From Gemmatimonadota bacterium (lineage in GTDB: Bacteria > Gemmatimonadota > Gemmatimonadetes > JACCXV01 > JAHWKZ01): a stretch of DNA of 64,000 nucleotides. The stretch covers positions 3,576-67,575 of the forward strand of contig DATKCO010000019.1 in NCBI GenBank assembly GCA_035513155.1, read 5' to 3'. Position 1 is the first letter of the stretch, and each line of letters begins with the position of its first letter. Shown here piece after piece: positions 54,475 through 64,000 of the stretch. The notes below the pieces were generated by a model, which worked only from the letters and a program-made list of their open reading frames with translations, was not told the origin of the DNA and made no database searches. The position numbers and the translations under genes are program-made.

Positions 54475-55842
54475 ATGGTCTTCAAGGACGCCGCGCTGAC
54501 GCCGGAGGAGATGCCGAAGACCACCCCGGTGCCCCGGCAGCACGGGAGGATGCCGACGGGAGTCTCCTGGCGGCCGCTGGAGCCCACCACCGACAAGACC
54601 GTGCTACCCGGGGGCCGCGCCGTCCATCTCGACCGCTTTCCGGTGGAGGAGGAGGCCCTGGAGACGGACCCTCTGGTCGAGGACCTGATGGTCTTGAACA
54701 TCGGCCCCAGCCATCCCGCCATGCACGGTACGTTCCGGATCAAGCTCTGGCTCGACGGCGAGACGATCGTCAAGGCGATCCCCGAGATCGGATACCTCCA
54801 CCGATGCTTCGAGAAGATGAGCGAGAGCCACCGCTGGCAGGAGGTCTTCCCCTACACGGACCGGCTCAACTACATGAGCCCGTTCCTCAACAACGTCGGC
54901 TACGCGATGGCGGTCGAGAAGCTGCTCGGGATCGAGATCCCCCCGCGCGCGCAACGGATCCGGGTGATCCTCGGCGAGCTGTCGCGGATCATGGACCACT
55001 TCGTGTGCGTGGGGACCAACCTCGTCGACCTCGGGGCGCTGACGAACTTCTGGTACTTCTTCCGCGGCCGTGAAGAGATCTACTCGCTGCTCGAGCACGT
55101 CTCGGGCGCCCGCATGATGGTCGCCTATGGCCGGATCGGCGGGCTCATGCGCGACGTCCATGACGGCTTCGAGGACGAGGTCCGCGCCCTGCTCGTGTCC
55201 CTGCCGCGCTACATCGACGACGTCGACAAGCTGATCACGAACAACCGGATCTTCATCGACCGGGCCCGGGGCGTGCACGCGATCGGTCCGGAGGAGGCGG
55301 TGGACTGGGGCTGGACGGGTCCCTGCCTGCGCGCCGCCGGCGTCCCGTACGACGTGCGCAAGGCGCATCCCTACTACGGCTACGACCAGTTCGACTGGCA
55401 GGTCCCGGTGGGCACCACGGGAGACGTGTACGACCGCTACCTGGTGCGGATGGAGGAGATGCGGCAGAGCCTGTCGATCGTCGAGCAGGCGCTCGACGAT
55501 CTGCCCGCCGGGCCCGTCAACGTGGACGACTGGGGCATCTCGCCCCCGCCCAAGGACCGGGTCTACAACACGATCGAGGGCATGGTCGCCCACTTCAAGC
55601 TGACGTTCGAGGGGATCCAGGCGCCGGTGGGCGAGGTGTACTCGTACACCGAGGGAGGGAACGGCGAGCTCGGGTTCTACATCGTCTCGGACGGCGGTGG
55701 GACGCCGTACCGCATTCACTGCCGCGCCCCCTGCTTCGCGATCTACCAGAACATCGGTCCCACGCTCGAGGGATGCATGCTCTCGGACATCGTGGCGATC
55801 CTCGGCTCGCTCAACGTCATCGCCGGGGAGCTCGACCGCTGA
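54475..55842 (+). CDS. nuoD: NADH-quinone oxidoreductase subunit D (with unusually long N-terminal segment)
   Basis: 455 aa with LNIGPSHPAMHGTFR, RLNYMSP and HCRAPCF motifs. About 75 aa precede the first conserved motif. Confidence 0.9.
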   Translation: MVFKDAALTPEEMPKTTPVPRQHGRMPTGVSWRPLEPTTDKTVLPGGRAVHLDRFPVEEEALETDPLVEDLMVLNIGPSHPAMHGTFRIKLWLDGETIVKAIPEIGYLHRCFEKMSESHRWQEVFPYTDRLNYMSPFLNNVGYAMAVEKLLGIEIPPRAQRIRVILGELSRIMDHFVCVGTNLVDLGALTNFWYFFRGREEIYSLLEHVSGARMMVAYGRIGGLMRDVHDGFEDEVRALLVSLPRYIDDVDKLITNNRIFIDRARGVHAIGPEEAVDWGWTGPCLRAAGVPYDVRKAHPYYGYDQFDWQVPVGTTGDVYDRYLVRMEEMRQSLSIVEQALDDLPAGPVNVDDWGISPPPKDRVYNTIEGMVAHFKLTFEGIQAPVGEVYSYTEGGNGELGFYIVSDGGGTPYRIHCRAPCFAIYQNIGPTLEGCMLSDIVAILGSLNVIAGELDR

Positions 55843-56447
55843 TGGCGGCCTTCACGCTGCCCGACGCCGCGGTATCGGAGATCGACCGCACGATCGCGCG
55901 CTACCCCGAGCGGCAGGCGGCGATGCTGCCCGTCCTGTGGGTGGTGCAGCGGGAGAAGGGCTGGATCTCGGCCGACGCGATGGCGTGGGTCGCCGACCGG
56001 CTCGGGTGCTCGGCCGCCACGGTCCAGTCGGTGGTGACGTTCTACACGATGTTCGACGATCGGCCGGTCGGGAAATGGAAGCTCCAGGTGTGCCGCACCC
56101 TGTCGTGCGAGCTGATGGGCGCCCGGGCGGTGATCGACCGTATCCGTGAACGACTCGGGATCGAAGCCGGGGAGACGACCGAGGACGGGAGGTTTACGCT
56201 GCAGGAGGTGGAATGCCTGGCGTCGTGCGGGACCGGCCCGATGCTGCAGTGCAACTTCCGGTTCTACGAGAACCTGACGCCGGAGCGGATGGACGCCCTA
56301 CTGGACGACCTCGCGGCGCGGGAGCCGGTCCCGGACGAGGTCGAGCCCGTGATCTACGAGCGCCCGGACCTCGAGGCGTACCGGGCCATGTTCCCGGCCT
56401 CGATGACGCGCGAGCGGACCGGCGGGGCGGAGGTCGAGGCCCAGTGA
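55842..56447 (+). CDS. nuoE: NADH-quinone oxidoreductase subunit E
   Basis: Internal ATG (TGATG junction). 201 aa with 2Fe-2S Cys pattern VCRTLSC...ECLASCG. Confidence 0.9.
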   Translation: MAAFTLPDAAVSEIDRTIARYPERQAAMLPVLWVVQREKGWISADAMAWVADRLGCSAATVQSVVTFYTMFDDRPVGKWKLQVCRTLSCELMGARAVIDRIRERLGIEAGETTEDGRFTLQEVECLASCGTGPMLQCNFRFYENLTPERMDALLDDLAAREPVPDEVEPVIYERPDLEAYRAMFPASMTRERTGGAEVEAQ

Positions 56448-57766
56448 GCGCGCCGAAGATCCTCATGCGCCGCGGTCTCGATCACCCCGGCGAGAGCCAC
56501 CGGCTGGAGACCTACGAGCGGGCGGGTGGCTACCAGGCGGTGAGGAAGGCGCTCGACATGAGCCCGGAGGCGGTCCTCGACGAGGTGAAGAAGTCGGGAC
56601 TCCGGGGACGCGGGGGAGCGGGGTTCCCGACCGGCACGAAGTGGTCGTTCATCCCGCGCGACTCCGACAAGCCGCGCTACCTGATCTGCAACTCGGACGA
56701 GTCGGAGCCCGGGACGTTCAAGGACCGCTGGCTGCTCGAGAACGATCCCCATCTCGTGCTCGAGGGGATGATGATCGCCGCGCTCGCGGTCGACAGTCGG
56801 CTCATGTTCAACTACTTCCGCGGCGAGTTCACGTTCCCGCTCGAGCGCTGGCGGCGGGCGGTCGACGAGGCGTACGCAAAGGGGTACCTGGGAAAGGGGG
56901 TCTTCGGCTCCGACCGCGACCTCGACGTCGTGACCCACTACGGGGCCGGGGCCTACATCGCGGGCGAGGAGACCGGGATGATCGAGTCGCTCGAAGGGAA
57001 GAAGGCGCATCCCCGCAACAAGCCCCCGTTCCCGGCCGTCGAGGGGCTGTTCCGCTCCCCGACCCTGATCAACAATACCGAGACGCTGGCCGCCGTCCCC
57101 TGGATCATCGAGAACGGCGGAGACGCCTATGCCCAGTACGGCACCGAGAAGTCGCGCGGGACCAAGCTGTGGTCGTGCTCGGGGCCGATCGGTCGGCCCG
57201 GGGTGTACGAGCTCGAGATGGGCCACGACCTGATGGAGTTCCTGGAGGGCGATCTCGGCGGGCTGCTGGAGGGCGTGACGCTCAAGGGGATCATCCCCGG
57301 CGGCTCGTCGGTCCCCGTGCTCACCCCCGAGGAGTGCCGGGGCGCGAAGCTGGACTACGAGGGCCTGCGCGAGCGCGGCAGCCTGGTCGGCTCGGGCGGC
57401 TTCATCGTGATCGGCGACAACGTCTCGGCGGCCGACTGCCTGCTCAACCTGGCCCACTTCTACGCGCACGAGTCGTGCGGGCAGTGCACTCCCTGCCGCG
57501 AAGGGTGCGGCTGGATCGAGCAGCTGGTCGACAGGATCCTGACGGGGCGGGGCACCCAGGCGGACATCGAGCGCATCCTGCGGCTGTCGGATCAGATGGT
57601 CGGGAAGACGATCTGCGCCCTGGCCGACGCCCTGGCGTGGCCGGCGGTGGCGTTCATCAAGAAGTACCCCGAGGACTTCGCCGCCCTGTGCGCGGAGCCC
57701 GTCGACCGCGAGGCGCTGCGGGCCGCCGTGGGACGCCATGACCACATCCTTCCGCGGGCGTCATGA
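56444..57766 (+). CDS. nuoF: NADH-quinone oxidoreductase subunit F
   Basis: Internal GTG (GTGA overlap). 440 aa with GRGGAGFPTGTKW, GAGAYIAGEETG and ESCGQCTPCREG motifs. Confidence 0.93.
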   Translation: MSAPKILMRRGLDHPGESHRLETYERAGGYQAVRKALDMSPEAVLDEVKKSGLRGRGGAGFPTGTKWSFIPRDSDKPRYLICNSDESEPGTFKDRWLLENDPHLVLEGMMIAALAVDSRLMFNYFRGEFTFPLERWRRAVDEAYAKGYLGKGVFGSDRDLDVVTHYGAGAYIAGEETGMIESLEGKKAHPRNKPPFPAVEGLFRSPTLINNTETLAAVPWIIENGGDAYAQYGTEKSRGTKLWSCSGPIGRPGVYELEMGHDLMEFLEGDLGGLLEGVTLKGIIPGGSSVPVLTPEECRGAKLDYEGLRERGSLVGSGGFIVIGDNVSAADCLLNLAHFYAHESCGQCTPCREGCGWIEQLVDRILTGRGTQADIERILRLSDQMVGKTICALADALAWPAVAFIKKYPEDFAALCAEPVDREALRAAVGRHDHILPRAS

Positions 57767-59604
57767 GACGGAACGTCGGGACCGAGAAGGACACGGCGTA
57801 CGGAGGCGGCCGGCGCACGCCCGGCGATCTGGCGTCGATTTTGCCGCCGGGGATCCCGCTGTCGGCCGAGCGGGAGCCGGAGGAGGTCCCGTCCGAGCGC
57901 GGGAAGGAGCCGCGCACGATCGAGCCGGGGCTGGCGCCCACCCCCGCGCAGGAGGTGGACGCGGGCGAGCTCCTCACGGTCACGATCGAGGGGGTCGAGG
58001 TCCGGGTCCCCAAGGGCGCCACGATCTTCCAGGCGGCCGAGAAGGCCGGCTACACGCCGCCCCACTTCTGCTTCCACCGCGACCTCTCGATCCCGGCCAA
58101 CTGCCGGATGTGCCTGTGCGAGGTCAAGGACCAGGGCAAGCTCCAGACGTCGTGCTCGGTGGCCGCGGCCGACGGGATGGTCGTGTCGTTCGACTCCCCG
58201 CGGGTGAAGGAAGCCGTTCAGGGCGTGCTCGAGTTCGAGTTCAAGAACCACCCCCTCGACTGCCCCGTCTGCGACCAGGTGGGAGAGTGCTATCTCCAGA
58301 AGTACTACCTCGAGGTCGGGAAGTACGAGCCGGCGCCGATCGAGCGGGTCCACAAGGACAAGGTCAAGGACCTGGGCCCGATCACCCTCGACGCCGAGCG
58401 GTGCGTGCTCTGCACGCGTTGCGTGCGCTTCGGGGAGGAGATCTCCGGGACGGCCGACTTCGTGATCGCGCACCGCTCGGACCATTCGGAGATCATGACG
58501 TTCGACGACCGCCCGATCGACACGGCCTACGCGCTCAACTACACCGACATCTGCCCGGTGGGCGCGCTGACGTCGAACGACTTCCGGTTCCGCAAGCGGG
58601 TCTACTATCTGCGCTCGGCCAAGTCCGTGTGCCCGGAATGCTCGACAGGCTGCAACATCTACGCGGAGCAATCGGAGGACGAGCTCTACCGCTACCGTCC
58701 GCGTCACAACGACGACGTCAACGACTCCTGGATGTGCGACCCCGGCCGCCTGTCGTACGATCGGCAGGCGGACGTGAGCGACCGGCTGGCCGAGCCGCTG
58801 GCCCGCGAGCAGGGCGCGCTGGCTCCGGTGTCGTGGGACGAGGCGATCGGGCGCGCCGCCGTGCGACTCGAGGAGCTGTCCGGTGGGGTGGCCGCGATCG
58901 CGCACCCGCGCATGCCGAACGAGGACCTCTGGGAGCTCGCCCGGCTGATCCGGACGGTGGGCGGTGGCGCGATCGATTTCCGCGCCGACGACTCCTGGAA
59001 GGGCGTCGACGAGCTGATCGACGGGATCCTGATCCGTCGCGACCCGAACCCCAACACGCGCGGGGCGATGGCGGTCCTGGGGCTCGACGGAGAGTCGCGG
59101 GTGCCGCAGATCCTCGCCGCCGCGGCCGCGGGAGAGACGCGCGGGCTGATCGTCTGCGGCTGGTCCGCCGAGGAGCTGGGCGAGCGCGGGGCGAAGGCGA
59201 TCGCGGCGGCGGAGTGGATCCTGTTCGTGGGGCCGCGCCGGAACTCGCTCGCCGATCAGGCCGACCTGGTCCTGCCGGACTGCGTCCACGTCGAGCGGCA
59301 CGGGACGTTCACGAACCATGCGGGACGGGTGCAGCGATTCTGGCCGAGCGTCCCGCCCCACGAGTCGAGCCGGCCCGCGTGGAGCGCGCTCGCGGCGATC
59401 ACGGCCGCGCTCTCCGGCGAGCCCGCGCCGGGCACCGCCGAGGCGTCGTTCCGCTCCCTGGCCGGCGCGGTCGGGTCGTTCGCGGGCCTCTCCTACCCGC
59501 AGCTCGGAGACCAGGGGGCCTGGGTGGCGGGCCGGGAGAACGGCGGGATGCCTCCCGTGGGGGCGGACCCGAAGCCGGGCCTCCGCGCCCCCAAGATCCT
59601 CTGA
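57763..59604 (+). CDS. nuoG: NADH-quinone oxidoreductase subunit G (with about 65-aa N-terminal extension)
   Basis: 613 aa. ATGA overlap with nuoF. Motifs CFHRDLSIPANCRMC, HPLDCPVCDQVGEC and CVLCTRCVRF. Confidence 0.88.
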   Translation: MRRNVGTEKDTAYGGGRRTPGDLASILPPGIPLSAEREPEEVPSERGKEPRTIEPGLAPTPAQEVDAGELLTVTIEGVEVRVPKGATIFQAAEKAGYTPPHFCFHRDLSIPANCRMCLCEVKDQGKLQTSCSVAAADGMVVSFDSPRVKEAVQGVLEFEFKNHPLDCPVCDQVGECYLQKYYLEVGKYEPAPIERVHKDKVKDLGPITLDAERCVLCTRCVRFGEEISGTADFVIAHRSDHSEIMTFDDRPIDTAYALNYTDICPVGALTSNDFRFRKRVYYLRSAKSVCPECSTGCNIYAEQSEDELYRYRPRHNDDVNDSWMCDPGRLSYDRQADVSDRLAEPLAREQGALAPVSWDEAIGRAAVRLEELSGGVAAIAHPRMPNEDLWELARLIRTVGGGAIDFRADDSWKGVDELIDGILIRRDPNPNTRGAMAVLGLDGESRVPQILAAAAAGETRGLIVCGWSAEELGERGAKAIAAAEWILFVGPRRNSLADQADLVLPDCVHVERHGTFTNHAGRVQRFWPSVPPHESSRPAWSALAAITAALSGEPAPGTAEASFRSLAGAVGSFAGLSYPQLGDQGAWVAGRENGGMPPVGADPKPGLRAPKIL

Positions 59605-59623
59605 TGCCGAGGAGAGTCATCTA

Positions 59624-60691
59624 GTGGACTGGACAGGAGTTGGCATCTCGTTCCTCAAGGCGTTTCTAGTCTTCTTCGGGGTCGTCAACGCGGTCCCCGT
59701 CCTCGTCTGGGCGGAGCGGCGCGGGAGCGCCTTCATCCAGCACCGGCTGGGGCCCAACCGGGTCAACATCGGCGGCTTCACGCTGTTGGGCCTGGTCCAG
59801 CCGCTGGCCGACGTGGTCAAGTTCATCTGGAAAGAGGACTACATCCCGTCCCACGCCAACCGGGCCTTCTACATCCTGGCTCCGGTGTTGCTGCTCGTGC
59901 CGGCGGCGATGACGTTCGCCGTCGTTCCGTTCGCGGACGTGCTGGTCGTGGGCGGTCGCGAGATCCAGATGCAGGTCGCCCACCTGGACATCGGGATCCT
60001 CTACGTCTTCGCGCTCGCCTCGCTGTCGGTGTACGGGATCGTGCTCGCGGGGTGGTCGTCGAACAACAAGTACTCGCTGCTCGGCGGGATCCGCGCGAGC
60101 GCGCAGATGATCAGCTACGAGCTCGCGCTCGGCCTGTCGGTGGTGGGGATCTTGATGATCTACCGCTCGGTGGGGCTCGACCAGATCGTCCACGGCCAGG
60201 GAGAGCTCCTGTTCGGGGCGCTGCCGAAGTGGGGCGTCGTGACCCAGCCGCTGGCCTTCGTGCTGTTCCTGGCGGCCGTGTTCGCCGAGTCCAACCGGCT
60301 CCCCTTCGACCTTCCGGAGGCCGAGAACGAGCTGGTGGTCGGCTACCACACCGAATACTCGTCGATGAAGTTCGCGCTCTTCTTCATGGCCGAGTACATG
60401 GCCATGGTCACCGGCGCAATGCTGATCGTGACGCTCTTCTTCGGCGGCTGGCAGATCCCCTGGGTCTCGAGCGAGGCCCTGCGCGGGCTCGTGGGGCCCG
60501 TCCCCGCGGCGCTCCTGCAGATCGGCTCGTTCTCGCTCAAGCTGCTGTTCTTCCTGTGGCTCTTCATCTGGGTGCGGTGGACGCTCCCGCGATTCCGCTA
60601 CGACCAGCTCATGCAGCTGGGCTGGAAGGTGATCCTCCCGCTGGCGCTGGCGAACGTGTTCGTGACCGGCCTGGTCCTGTATCTCATCTGA
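59624..60691 (+). CDS. nuoH: NADH-quinone oxidoreductase subunit H
   Basis: Internal GTG behind gaggagag. 355 aa with AERRGSAFIQHRLGPNRV and ESNRLPFDLPEAENELV motifs. Confidence 0.92.
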   Translation: MDWTGVGISFLKAFLVFFGVVNAVPVLVWAERRGSAFIQHRLGPNRVNIGGFTLLGLVQPLADVVKFIWKEDYIPSHANRAFYILAPVLLLVPAAMTFAVVPFADVLVVGGREIQMQVAHLDIGILYVFALASLSVYGIVLAGWSSNNKYSLLGGIRASAQMISYELALGLSVVGILMIYRSVGLDQIVHGQGELLFGALPKWGVVTQPLAFVLFLAAVFAESNRLPFDLPEAENELVVGYHTEYSSMKFALFFMAEYMAMVTGAMLIVTLFFGGWQIPWVSSEALRGLVGPVPAALLQIGSFSLKLLFFLWLFIWVRWTLPRFRYDQLMQLGWKVILPLALANVFVTGLVLYLI

Positions 60692-60695
60692 GGAT

Positions 60696-61298
60696 GTGAC
60701 TCTAATGCCCATCGATCCCAAGGACGTCAAGATCCTCCGGGCCGAGGACATCATCCGGCAGCGGGCGGACACCGAAACGTGGTGGAAGCGACTCTACCTG
60801 CCCGCCATCGTCATGGGACTGGGGGTCACGATCCGCAACATGATCAAGAACCTGCTCAATCCCGGGGGGTTGCCGACGATCCTCTATCCGGAGGAGCGGC
60901 GGGACTACGGCGACCGATTCCGCGGCCGGCACTACCTGAAGAAGCGCCCCAGCGGGGAGCCCCGCTGCGTGGCGTGCATGATGTGCGCCACCGCCTGCCC
61001 GGCGGACTGCATCTACATCGTGGGGGGCGAGCATCCCGACCCGGCGATCGAGAAGTACCCCGTGCGATTCGACATCGACGGGCTGCGCTGCATCATGTGC
61101 GGCTATTGCGTCGACGCCTGTCCGGAGGACGCGATCGCGATGACGAAGGAGTACGAGTGGGCGGGCTACGACCGTGAGGACTTCATCTGGGACAAGGAGT
61201 ACCTGCTGAACTGGCGGGACGAGAAGATCGTCGAGGACGGGTACCAGCCGTACGAGGGAGAGATCGACAAGTCCCGCATGTCACGGGGCACCCTGTGA
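60696..61298 (+). CDS. nuoI: NADH-quinone oxidoreductase subunit I
   Basis: 200 aa with two 4Fe-4S motifs, CVACMMCATACP and CIMCGYCVDACP. The start is GTG 60696 or ATG 60705. Confidence 0.9.
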   Translation: MTLMPIDPKDVKILRAEDIIRQRADTETWWKRLYLPAIVMGLGVTIRNMIKNLLNPGGLPTILYPEERRDYGDRFRGRHYLKKRPSGEPRCVACMMCATACPADCIYIVGGEHPDPAIEKYPVRFDIDGLRCIMCGYCVDACPEDAIAMTKEYEWAGYDREDFIWDKEYLLNWRDEKIVEDGYQPYEGEIDKSRMSRGTL

Positions 61299-61810
61299 GC
61301 GGGATCGCCATCGCGTTCTGGGTGCTGGCCACGATCGCGGTGGTCAGCAGCCTGCTGGTGATCCTCGGCCGCAATCCGGTGGCTTCGGTCCTCTTCCTGG
61401 TCGTCTCGTTCTTCTGCCTGGCCGGCCTGTTCGTCACCCTGCACGCCCACTTCCTGGCGGCCATCCAGGTGCTGGTCTACGCAGGCGCTATCATGGTCCT
61501 GTTCCTGTTCGTCCTCATGCTGCTCAACCTCGGTACGCCCCAGTGGTTCGACTTCGCCGGGACGCCGACGAAGGTCGTGGCGCTGGTCCTGGGAGTCGGC
61601 TTCGTGGGAGCGTTGGTCGGCGCGGGCGTGGGTGACTTCACGCCATCCGCCCGCGGTCCCGCCGCGGGGATCCCGCCGGACGTCCTCGGATCCACCGAGG
61701 CGATCGGCACCGCGCTCTACTCGAGCTTCTTCCTGCCCTTCCTCGCGACCGCGCTGATCCTGCTGGTGGCGATGGTCGGGGCCGTCGTGCTCGCGCGGAG
61801 GGAGCGGTGA
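61295..61810 (+). CDS. nuoJ: NADH-quinone oxidoreductase subunit J
   Basis: 171 aa with 5 TM helices and the QVLVYAGAIMVLFLFVLML motif. GTGA overlap. Confidence 0.88.
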   Translation: MSGIAIAFWVLATIAVVSSLLVILGRNPVASVLFLVVSFFCLAGLFVTLHAHFLAAIQVLVYAGAIMVLFLFVLMLLNLGTPQWFDFAGTPTKVVALVLGVGFVGALVGAGVGDFTPSARGPAAGIPPDVLGSTEAIGTALYSSFFLPFLATALILLVAMVGAVVLARRER

Positions 61811-62115
61811 GCGAGATCGGCGTCGGGCACTACCTGACGTTGAGCGCGATCCTGTTCGCGATCGGAGCCGTGGGCGTCCTGACCCGAAAGAACGCGATCA
61901 TCGTCTTCATGGCCATCGAGATCATGCTGAACGCGGCGAACCTCGCGTTCGTGACCTTCGCCACCTCCATCGGCGACCTGGCGGGCATGGTCATGGTCCT
62001 GATCGTGATCGCGGTCGCGGCCGCCGAGGCGGCGGTGGGTTTGGCCATCATCGTGGCGATGTTCCGCCATCGTGAGACCGTGAACGTCGGGTCCTTCAGC
62101 ACAATGCGAGGCTGA
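61807..62115 (+). CDS. nuoK: NADH-quinone oxidoreductase subunit K
   Basis: 102 aa with 3 TM helices and MAIEIMLNAANL, AAAEAAVGLAI motifs. GTGA overlap. Confidence 0.9.
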   Translation: MSEIGVGHYLTLSAILFAIGAVGVLTRKNAIIVFMAIEIMLNAANLAFVTFATSIGDLAGMVMVLIVIAVAAAEAAVGLAIIVAMFRHRETVNVGSFSTMRG

Positions 62116-62117
62116 GG

Positions 62118-64000
62118 ATGGCCGCCTGGATCTGGCTCGTCCCGGCGCTCCCGCTGGCCGGCGTCCTGATCAACGGCCTGCTCGGCCGCAGGGCCGGGAA
62201 GGGGCTGGTCGCGATCGTCGGGCCGGGCACTGTCGGCGCCGCGTTCGCGGTCACCGTGGCCCTCTACCTCGAGCTCCTCGGGCGGGACCCGGGATCGCGG
62301 GTCCTGACCCAGACCCTCTACACTTGGCTCGAGGCGGGGGATTTCACTGCCCGGGCGGCCTTCCTCGTCGACCCGCTCTCTGTCACGCTGATGCTGGTCG
62401 TGACGGGCGTGGGCTTCCTCATCCATGTGTACAGCATCGGCTACATGCACAACGAGGACGCGCGCGGGTTCGCGCGCTACTTCACCTATCTCAACCTGTT
62501 CACCTTCGCCATGCTGCTGCTGGTCATGGCCGACAACTTCCTGCTCCTGTTCGTCGGCTGGGAGGGTGTGGGCCTCTGCAGCTACCTGCTAATCGGTTTC
62601 TGGTTCAAGGACAAGGCCAACGCCAGCGCGGGAAAGAAGGCGTTCATCGTCAACCGCGTGGGCGACTTCGGCTTCCTGCTGGGCATCTTCCTGATCTTCG
62701 ACACGTTCGGATCGGTGGCGTTCGCCGACGTCCTCCCGGCCGCGGAGAGCGTGCTCGCGCTGGGCGGTCCGCTCGCCTTCTGGATCTGCCTGTTCCTGTT
62801 CGTGGGAGCGGTCGGCAAGAGCGCGCAGATCCCGCTCTACGTGTGGCTGCCGGACGCCATGGCGGGGCCCACGCCGGTCTCCGCGCTGATCCACGCGGCG
62901 ACGATGGTGACCGCCGGGATCTACATGGTGGCGCGGGCCCACGCCCTGTACGAGATGGCGCCCGCGGTGCTCGCCGTGGTGGCCGGGATCGGAGCCGCCA
63001 CGGCGCTGTACGCGGCCACGATCGGGCTCGTCCAGACCGACATCAAGAAGGTCCTCGCGTACTCCACCATCAGCCAGCTCGGCTACATGTTCCTCGCCGT
63101 CGGGGTGGCGGCGTTCACGGCCGGGATCTTCCACCTCGTGACCCACGCCTTCTTCAAGGCGCTCCTGTTCCTGGGGGCGGGCAGCGTCATCCATTCCCTC
63201 CACGGCGAGCAGGACATGACCCGGATGGGCGGCCTCAAGCGGTGGATGCCGGTGACCTACTGGACGATGCTGGCCGCCACGCTGGCGATCGCCGGGATTC
63301 CGCCGTTCGCCGGGTTCTTCTCGAAGGACGAGATCCTGTGGAAGGTCTGGGACGCCGGCCATCCCCTCCTCTGGGCGATCGGCCTGGCGACCGCGGGCCT
63401 GACGGCCCTGTACATGTTCCGGCTCTTCTTCCTGACCTTCCACGGCGAGTTCCGTGGCACGCCGGAGCAGCAATCCCACCTGCACGAGTCGCCGCCCAGC
63501 ATGACGATCCCGCTGGTGGCCCTCGGCGTGCTGTCGGTGATCGGGGGATGGATCGGGATCCCGCCCGCGATCGGGCACGTCCTGGGCGACGTGCCGAACG
63601 CGCTGGAATCGTGGCTCGGCCCCGTTTTCGAGGGCGCTCACGCGGGCGAGCCGCACCACGCGGTGCCGCCCGCCGAGTACGCCCTCATGGCGGCCTCGGT
63701 GGCGGTCGCCGTCATCGGGATCCTGGCCGCCCGGCACCTCTGGCTCACGCGACCTGGGCTGCCCGAGCGGATCGCCCTTCGGTTCCAGCCGATCTACGCG
63801 CTGCTCCGCAACAAGTACTTCGTGGACGAGCTCTACGACGCGGTGATCGTGCGGCCTTACGATGCGCTCTCCCGCTTCGCCTGGCGGGTCGTGGACGACG
63901 GGTTGATCGACGGCCTGCTGGTGGGGGGCACGGCCCGGGTGGTGAAATGGCAGAGCGCGATCTCGAGCCGGGCGGAGTCGGGCTACGTCTCGACCTACGT
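62118..64000 (+). CDS. nuoL: NADH-quinone oxidoreductase subunit L (3' end outside window)
   Basis: The frame from ATG 62118 is open to the window end, so it is absent from the ORF track. By-eye translation gives VGWEGVGLCSYLLIGFW, KSAQIPLYVWLPDAMAGPTPVSALIHAATMV and QLGYMF. Confidence 0.9.
   Translation, partial: MAAWIWLVPALPLAGVLINGLLGRRAGKGLVAIVGPGTVGAAFAVTVALYLELLGRDPGSRVLTQTLYTWLEAGDFTARAAFLVDPLSVTLMLVVTGVGFLIHVYSIGYMHNEDARGFARYFTYLNLFTFAMLLLVMADNFLLLFVGWEGVGLCSYLLIGFWFKDKANASAGKKAFIVNRVGDFGFLLGIFLIFDTFGSVAFADVLPAAESVLALGGPLAFWICLFLFVGAVGKSAQIPLYVWLPDAMAGPTPVSALIHAATMVTAGIYMVARAHALYEMAPAVLAVVAGIGAATALYAATIGLVQTDIKKVLAYSTISQLGYMFLAVGVAAFTAGIFHLVTHAFFKALLFLGAGSVIHSLHGEQDMTRMGGLKRWMPVTYWTMLAATLAIAGIPPFAGFFSKDEILWKVWDAGHPLLWAIGLATAGLTALYMFRLFFLTFHGEFRGTPEQQSHLHESPPSMTIPLVALGVLSVIGGWIGIPPAIGHVLGDVPNALESWLGPVFEGAHAGEPHHAVPPAEYALMAASVAVAVIGILAARHLWLTRPGLPERIALRFQPIYALLRNKYFVDELYDAVIVRPYDALSRFAWRVVDDGLIDGLLVGGTARVVKWQSAISSRAESGYVSTY

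Overview
Visibly GC-rich bacterial chromosome (roughly two-thirds G+C by eye, not computed). It is almost entirely core energy-metabolism and cell-envelope genes in long, tightly packed operons. I saw no mobile elements, CRISPR arrays, rRNA genes or recognisable defence genes. In order: (1) two convergent A1-type cytochrome c oxidase operons, ctaCDEF on + and a caa3-like ctaCDEF on -. (2) A TPR protein and tRNA-Asp(GTC) with its own promoter. (3) An eight-gene heme operon hemA-C-D-B-Q-L-E-H joined by 4-nt start/stop overlaps, then two small unknown genes and a textbook intrinsic terminator. (4) A complete dcw cluster, mraZ through ftsZ, with a sigma70-like promoter and a TGGG-repeat array. Five further coupled genes follow ftsZ: M23 peptidase, HExxH lipoprotein, DEDDh exonuclease, LolA-like protein and a TPR plus double-DTG aspartyl protease. 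(5) An RNase E/G gene behind a long, less GC-rich leader, coupled to two paralogous Ig-like lipoproteins. (6) rplU-rpmA abutting mdh-sdhCAB. (7) A minus-strand NTF2-like / iodotyrosine-deiodinase-like / cupin operon. (8) nuoA through nuoL, with nuoL running off the window end. Gene starts were refined from the ORF track using about 25 ATGA/GTGA overlaps and Shine-Dalgarno sequences. The most unusual observations are a classical C2H2 zinc-finger motif fused to the C-terminus of ribosomal protein bL21, a perfect TGTGA-N6-TCACA palindrome in the spacer of the apparent leaderless nuoA promoter, a reading-frame break at the start of mraZ, a PASTA domain on FtsI, HemQ in the heme operon, and a signal peptide reachable only from a CTG start. 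No self-contained novel multi-gene system is evident. All calls rest on motif recognition by eye; no database search was run. The lineage guess (Gemmatimonadota-like or another GC-rich soil phylum) is inference only.
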